This document shows, in pieces, positions 35,783 through 39,489 of a DNA stretch of 39,489 nt. Numbering within the stretch: position 1 is the stretch's first letter; each line of letters opens with the position of its first letter. Made by a program: the position numbers and the translations under genes. The DNA is from a virus, in UHGV virus genome UHGV-0206207; one strand, 5' to 3'. Under the pieces are notes generated by a model. That model saw only the letters and a list, made by a program, of their open reading frames with translations, was not told where the DNA came from and searched no databases.

Positions 35783-36116
35783 GCTTGTCCTCCCTTCTAC
35801 CGCCTAAGCGGTTTTTCTTCTTTCGAATCCTATATTTTTCATTGTCTCGTCTAATTTTTTCTCCAAAATCTGAGAAAATTCTTCTTTACTTAAGTCCTCT
35901 TGGTTTACCCAGGATCCATTAATCTTGATCATGCTTACTACTTCGATTCCTTTCATTTCACCACCTCTCTACTATGTATGAATTATTGGTTGTCTGTGTT
36001 ACAATCCATATGTGCTGCCATCGCAACCTCCATGGCGGGATTGCTTTCTTTTGGTTTATCTCCTATACTGTAATTACCGAGTGCCAGTCGGAATATTACG
36101 AAAGGAGAACAACAAA

Positions 36117-36593
36117 ATGGGAATATATAAAACTGCTCAAATATGCTTAAACGGTCATGTGATTACAACAAATATAGAAAACCATAAACAACCTTACTGC
36201 TCAAAATGCGGAGCTGAGACAATAACCCATTGTCAAAATTGCGGAGAGCATATTCAAGGCAGATATTTGATCGACGGCGTTCTATCTCTTAATAAGTCGC
36301 AATACATTACACCTTCATACTGTCACTCATGCGGTAATCCGTATCCGTGGACTGAAAAGATCTTGAACAACGCTACCGAACTTCTATCTCTTGACGAAGA
36401 ACTTGACTCTAGTACAAAAGAATTGATTAAAAATGCAATTCCGAATCTATTAGTTGATACGCCAGAAACTCCTATATCCGTTGCGAATTACCGTAATGGA
36501 ATGAGCAAGGCTGGTCAAATTGTTAAGGATTCTATGTTTCAGTTACTTTCAAATGTTTTGAGCGAAACTATCAAAAACGTTCTTTTTCATTAG
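36117..36593 (+). CDS. zinc-ribbon protein (DUF2321-like), oriented opposite to the early operon
   Basis: Start MGIYKT with AAAGGAGAA as RBS. It has three CxxCG pairs (CSKCGAE, CQNCGEH, CHSCGNP). The gene is AT-rich. Confidence 0.55.
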   Translation: MGIYKTAQICLNGHVITTNIENHKQPYCSKCGAETITHCQNCGEHIQGRYLIDGVLSLNKSQYITPSYCHSCGNPYPWTEKILNNATELLSLDEELDSSTKELIKNAIPNLLVDTPETPISVANYRNGMSKAGQIVKDSMFQLLSNVLSETIKNVLFH

Positions 36594-36761
36594 GACATCC
36601 ACAATATTGACAATATTTGTTTGAACTGTGTATTAAATTTTTGCACCGAGCGCAATGAATGAAGTTTTCGTATTTTAATAAGTATTCGTTGCGCTCTTCT
36701 TGCATCATTGTTGTGCTATCATTTCCTTCATGCTTTATGTGTCCTATTCTCTCTCACCTTC

Positions 36762-36947
36762 CTACTCCAAAAAATACTCAACACTTACGCCGAAGTAATC
36801 GGCTAAGACTTTTAGTTTTTCTACTTTCGGCTTGCTTCTACCTGTTTTCCAGTCTGTAAAAGTAGACTTCGTAATTCCTGTATCAGAAGCAACTCTGTAA
36901 TCCGTAATTTCTTTCGAATCACGCAACTCTGCATATTTTTCGTACAT
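36762..36947 (-). CDS. Cro-like XRE-family HTH regulator that heads the early lytic operon
   Basis: 61 aa with HTH TGITKSTFTDWKTGRSKP. GAGGTG is the RBS. It is a truncated paralogue of the repressor N-domain (~60% identity on eye alignment). Confidence 0.75.
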   Translation of the reverse strand: MYEKYAELRDSKEITDYRVASDTGITKSTFTDWKTGRSKPKVEKLKVLADYFGVSVEYFLE

Positions 36948-37132
36948 TTTTTCACCTCTTTTCCGAACTTTCTATTGATTTTAGTTCGGAAATCAGTTAC
37001 AATATATTTACCAGATACATTGACAAAGAATTGCGCTACAATTCTGTTTTGATTTCCGAACTTTGTAGCTTTATTATAGTGCGGATTTCAGAACTTGTCA
37101 ATACTTTTTTGTACTGATTTCAGAATTTTTTT
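36948..37132. promoter_or_regulatory. divergent promoter/operator region of the lysis-lysogeny switch
   Basis: Operator O1 is TTTCCGAACT-13-AGTTCGGAAA (36959-36993). Operator O2 is TTTCCGAACT-13-AGTgCGGAtt (37053-37087). There are extra half-sites TTTCAGAACT (37086) and TTTCAGAAT (37118). The candidate repressor promoter is TTGATT(37049)-17-TATTAT(37072). The candidate cro promoter on the minus strand is TTGTCA(37026-21)-16-TATTGT. Confidence 0.55.
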
Positions 37133-37144
37133 ATGAGGTGTATT

Positions 37145-37561
37145 ATGTATGAAATTTATTGCAAGTTAAGAGATGAAAAAGGATGTAAAGATGCGGATGT
37201 TGCGAAAGCTACTGGTATAACTAAGTCTACTTTTTCTGATTGGAAGAATGGGCGAAGTAAACCAAAAGATGAGAAGCTTACTAAGATAGCTGATTACTTC
37301 GATGTACCATTAACATATTTCTATGAGGAACATAGGGATAATGCAGCATCATTGACAACGAGAGATGAGCGTGACATTTCCAAGACAGTAAATGACTTAA
37401 TGGAAAAATTGGAAGCAAAAGATGGGGCACCACTGTTTTTCGACGGTACTGAAATGAGCCCAGAAACAAAAATTTTATTCGAACAGCAATTAAAGTCATT
37501 AGTAACTACTGTTAAGGAAATCAACAAGGTCAAGTTTAATCCGAACAAAAATAAAAAGTAG
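37145..37561 (+). CDS. XRE-family phage repressor (CI/ImmR-like); start at MYEIYCKL
   Basis: N-terminal HTH TGITKSTFSDWKNGRSKP plus a ~75-aa C-terminal extension. AGGTG is the RBS. It is translationally coupled to the downstream ImmA-like gene. Confidence 0.75.
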   Translation: MYEIYCKLRDEKGCKDADVAKATGITKSTFSDWKNGRSKPKDEKLTKIADYFDVPLTYFYEEHRDNAASLTTRDERDISKTVNDLMEKLEAKDGAPLFFDGTEMSPETKILFEQQLKSLVTTVKEINKVKFNPNKNKK

Positions 37562-38002
37562 GTGATTACCTTGAAGCAAGATGTAAAAACAATAGTGAAC
37601 AATTTAATAAGTAAATACGGCACAAGAAACCCTTATGAATTATGTGATTACACAAATACAATTTATCAAATATGCGATATCGGTGATGTATTAGGTTGCT
37701 ACTTACTTATTAAAAGACAAAAATGCATTATGCTAAACAAAAAAATAATAGGAACTCCAATGGAGAAATTTATTTTGAGTCACGAATTGGGACATTCTCA
37801 ATTACACAGAAAAAATGATTGCTATTTCTACGGAAGCACATTGTTTTCTAAGCTCAAAGAAGAAAACGAAGCCAACACATTCGCCGCAGAACTTCTGATA
37901 CCAGATTCTCTCATCTATGAGAATCCGGGCATGACAAAAAGCCAGATTGCAAGACTAGCTGGATATGATGCAAAGATTATGGAGTTTAAAAGCGTATTGT
38001 AA
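37562..38002 (+). CDS. ImmA/IrrE-family HExxH metallopeptidase (anti-repressor protease)
   Basis: SHELGHSQLH is the HExxH motif. ~146 aa, immediately downstream of the XRE repressor, which is the ImmR/ImmA arrangement. GTG or TTG start. Confidence 0.8.
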   Translation: MITLKQDVKTIVNNLISKYGTRNPYELCDYTNTIYQICDIGDVLGCYLLIKRQKCIMLNKKIIGTPMEKFILSHELGHSQLHRKNDCYFYGSTLFSKLKEENEANTFAAELLIPDSLIYENPGMTKSQIARLAGYDAKIMEFKSVL

Positions 38003-38059
38003 TTCCTATATAAAAAAACACCTTTTATCGAACTGGTGTTTTTATAGGAGATGTTTTTT

Positions 38060-38938
38060 ATGACTGTACATAAGATGATAAAATTTTATGTTTTAGAACC
38101 AGAACCTTGTTGGTCTGTAAATGGCTTAAATTCAGATAATCTTAATTTAGCAACCTATACCATTTTTAAATCCGCTTTTCCGCAAATAGATTTTTATGAT
38201 ATGGAATTTGAAAAAAAGAAATTATTTTTTGACATAAAAGAGTATGACGATAAAAAAATGTTTGGAACTTGCTCTACCGATGAAACTATAAGAGCAACAA
38301 GTTTTGTACAGAAAAGAAATAAGCTGACTAAAGAAGCTGTTCCATACACTACTGTCGAAAGCGGGGAGCAATTAGAAGCATATACCTTTTTTTATATAGA
38401 TTTCGTCCATAATCGAATGGCAGTAATTGCGAACAAAAAAATATCAAAAATTCATGAGGCCTTACGTCAATTCATTTGGGAAAAATCTGGAAATATGTCC
38501 GAAATACACATTTTTCCAGAAATGATAGAAGATATCAGACAAGAAGCCAGTTCTATACTAAATCCATCTTGGATTGAAATGGAATTTGCTAAGCCGAACT
38601 GCATGGATGACATTCCAACTGTAAAAGAATCCCTAGGTTCTGATTTTCAAGCAAGAAAATTTAAAATAAAAATCAAGTTAGAAGAAAAACATAATCCAAA
38701 TCTGATAGAGAGGATGATAGCAATAAAAAATAATTCCACGCGGGAAGATATTCCATTATTAAAATTATATGGAAAAAATGAGTTGGGAGTTGATGAAACT
38801 CTAAATTTTATTGAATCTGTGTACACAAAAACAGTACCACTGGAATTAACCGATAGTACTGTTACGAATATAGAATATATTAAAAAAGAGTTAGAAAGAT
38901 TTTTAGGCTATCATTTAGGAAAAATTGCTAAGCACTAA
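38060..38938 (+). CDS. hypothetical AT-rich protein at the lysogeny end; candidate lysogenic-conversion or defence gene
   Basis: ~293 aa starting from MTVHKMIKF, with GGAG 9 nt upstream. It is AT-rich compared with the phage core and shows no recognisable motif. Confidence 0.5.
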   Translation: MTVHKMIKFYVLEPEPCWSVNGLNSDNLNLATYTIFKSAFPQIDFYDMEFEKKKLFFDIKEYDDKKMFGTCSTDETIRATSFVQKRNKLTKEAVPYTTVESGEQLEAYTFFYIDFVHNRMAVIANKKISKIHEALRQFIWEKSGNMSEIHIFPEMIEDIRQEASSILNPSWIEMEFAKPNCMDDIPTVKESLGSDFQARKFKIKIKLEEKHNPNLIERMIAIKNNSTREDIPLLKLYGKNELGVDETLNFIESVYTKTVPLELTDSTVTNIEYIKKELERFLGYHLGKIAKH

Positions 38939-39328
38939 AATATAGTAACCCGTAATAAGCATATTCGCTAAGCCTGCGCAAAACAGGCAAATAACAATGG
39001 AATAACAATTTGTAAACAACCAAATCAACAAAGCAACACTTAAAAGTATAATTCCTGCGCAGATATTGCTTAACAAAATATGATTATGCCCTGTCTTTTT
39101 CATTCTTTGTTTTACAGTATCGTTTTTAGGAAATGATAAATAAATCGTAAGTACCGTTAAGAATATTCCTACTATAGATATTATAATCCCTATCAACGCA
39201 TCCATTTTCTTTTCTGGTACTTTCGAAAGTAACCCATACTTGTTATCTATCACTGACAACAACATAAAGGAAAGTATTGGAAAAATTATAGCTGAATGAT
39301 ATTTTATTTTACTTTTTAATTTTTTCAT
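38915..39328 (-). CDS. polytopic membrane protein (about 4 TM segments); candidate superinfection-exclusion protein
   Basis: Start MKKLKSKIK with AGGTGGTG as RBS. It has four hydrophobic helices, is AT-rich and converges on the previous gene. Confidence 0.5.
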   Translation of the reverse strand: MKKLKSKIKYHSAIIFPILSFMLLSVIDNKYGLLSKVPEKKMDALIGIIISIVGIFLTVLTIYLSFPKNDTVKQRMKKTGHNHILLSNICAGIILLSVALLIWLFTNCYSIVICLFCAGLANMLITGYYILVLSNFS

Positions 39329-39489
39329 AACTACACCACCTTGTATTTTCATTATATAGATATTTTATTATTTTGCAATGACTCGAACATATATTTTGCA
39401 AATTTCAAGATGGTTTTAAAATGATATAACCGCTTCGGCGTTTATATAGAGTAAAGTGGTGTTAAGGTACAGGAGGAAAGAGGAAAAAC

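Noticed and set aside
35803-35956. Small minus-strand ORF starting at 35956 in the gap before the zinc-ribbon gene
   Set aside because: Careful re-reading shows a stop after 12 codons. An alternative 42-aa frame from the ATG at 35931 (MIKINGSWVNQEDL...) has only a weak RBS and was left unannotated at low confidence.

Overview
This window is almost entirely one temperate siphovirus-type prophage, apparently in a Firmicutes/Clostridia-like host. The high use of GGAGG/AGGTGG ribosome-binding sites and the Prp/L27-type leader motif point to that host type. Nearly all phage genes run on the minus strand. Read from high to low coordinate, the layout is as follows. (1) A lysogeny switch at 36.7-38.0 kb, made of a Cro-like 61-aa HTH gene and a divergent XRE repressor with an ImmA-type HExxH protease. 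(2) An early/replication module at 35.8-26.4 kb, made of a PC4-like ssDNA-binding protein, a DUF2800-type PD-(D/E)XK nuclease, a DUF2815-type SSB, a family-A DNA polymerase, a VirE/P4-type primase-helicase, an iteron/palindrome-rich putative origin, a VRR-NUC nuclease and an SNF2 helicase. (3) Small early genes and an ArpU/sigma-like late regulator at 26.4-24.8 kb. (4) An accessory island at 24.7-22.9 kb holding two AT-rich self-contained gene cassettes (morons), each with its own promoter and terminator, on either side of a tRNA-Asn, a tRNA-like fragment and a heavily structured 190-nt spacer. (5) Packaging, head, tail and lysis genes: TerS, TerL, portal, a MuF minor head protein with a C-terminal extension, Prp protease, scaffold, major capsid, a collagen-like protein, connectors, major tail protein, G/T chaperones, tape measure, Dit, a 1602-aa Tal/receptor-binding protein with collagen repeats, XhlA, holin and an amidase endolysin. 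A large serine recombinase at 665..2101 on the plus strand converges with the endolysin on a strong bidirectional terminator and is the likely integrase. A lipoprotein gene at 1..498 and an AT-rich convergent pair at 38.0-39.4 kb are host genes or lysogenic-conversion genes. The most interesting things beyond routine annotation are: a conserved structured RNA element, with compensatory base changes, sitting directly after both the capsid and major tail genes; a Prp cleavage motif (LQLFA) on three structural proteins; a candidate MuF-borne toxin and immunity pair; the moron/tRNA island; and a replication origin built from TTGTTGACAC iterons. All family assignments come from motif recognition by eye, with no database search.
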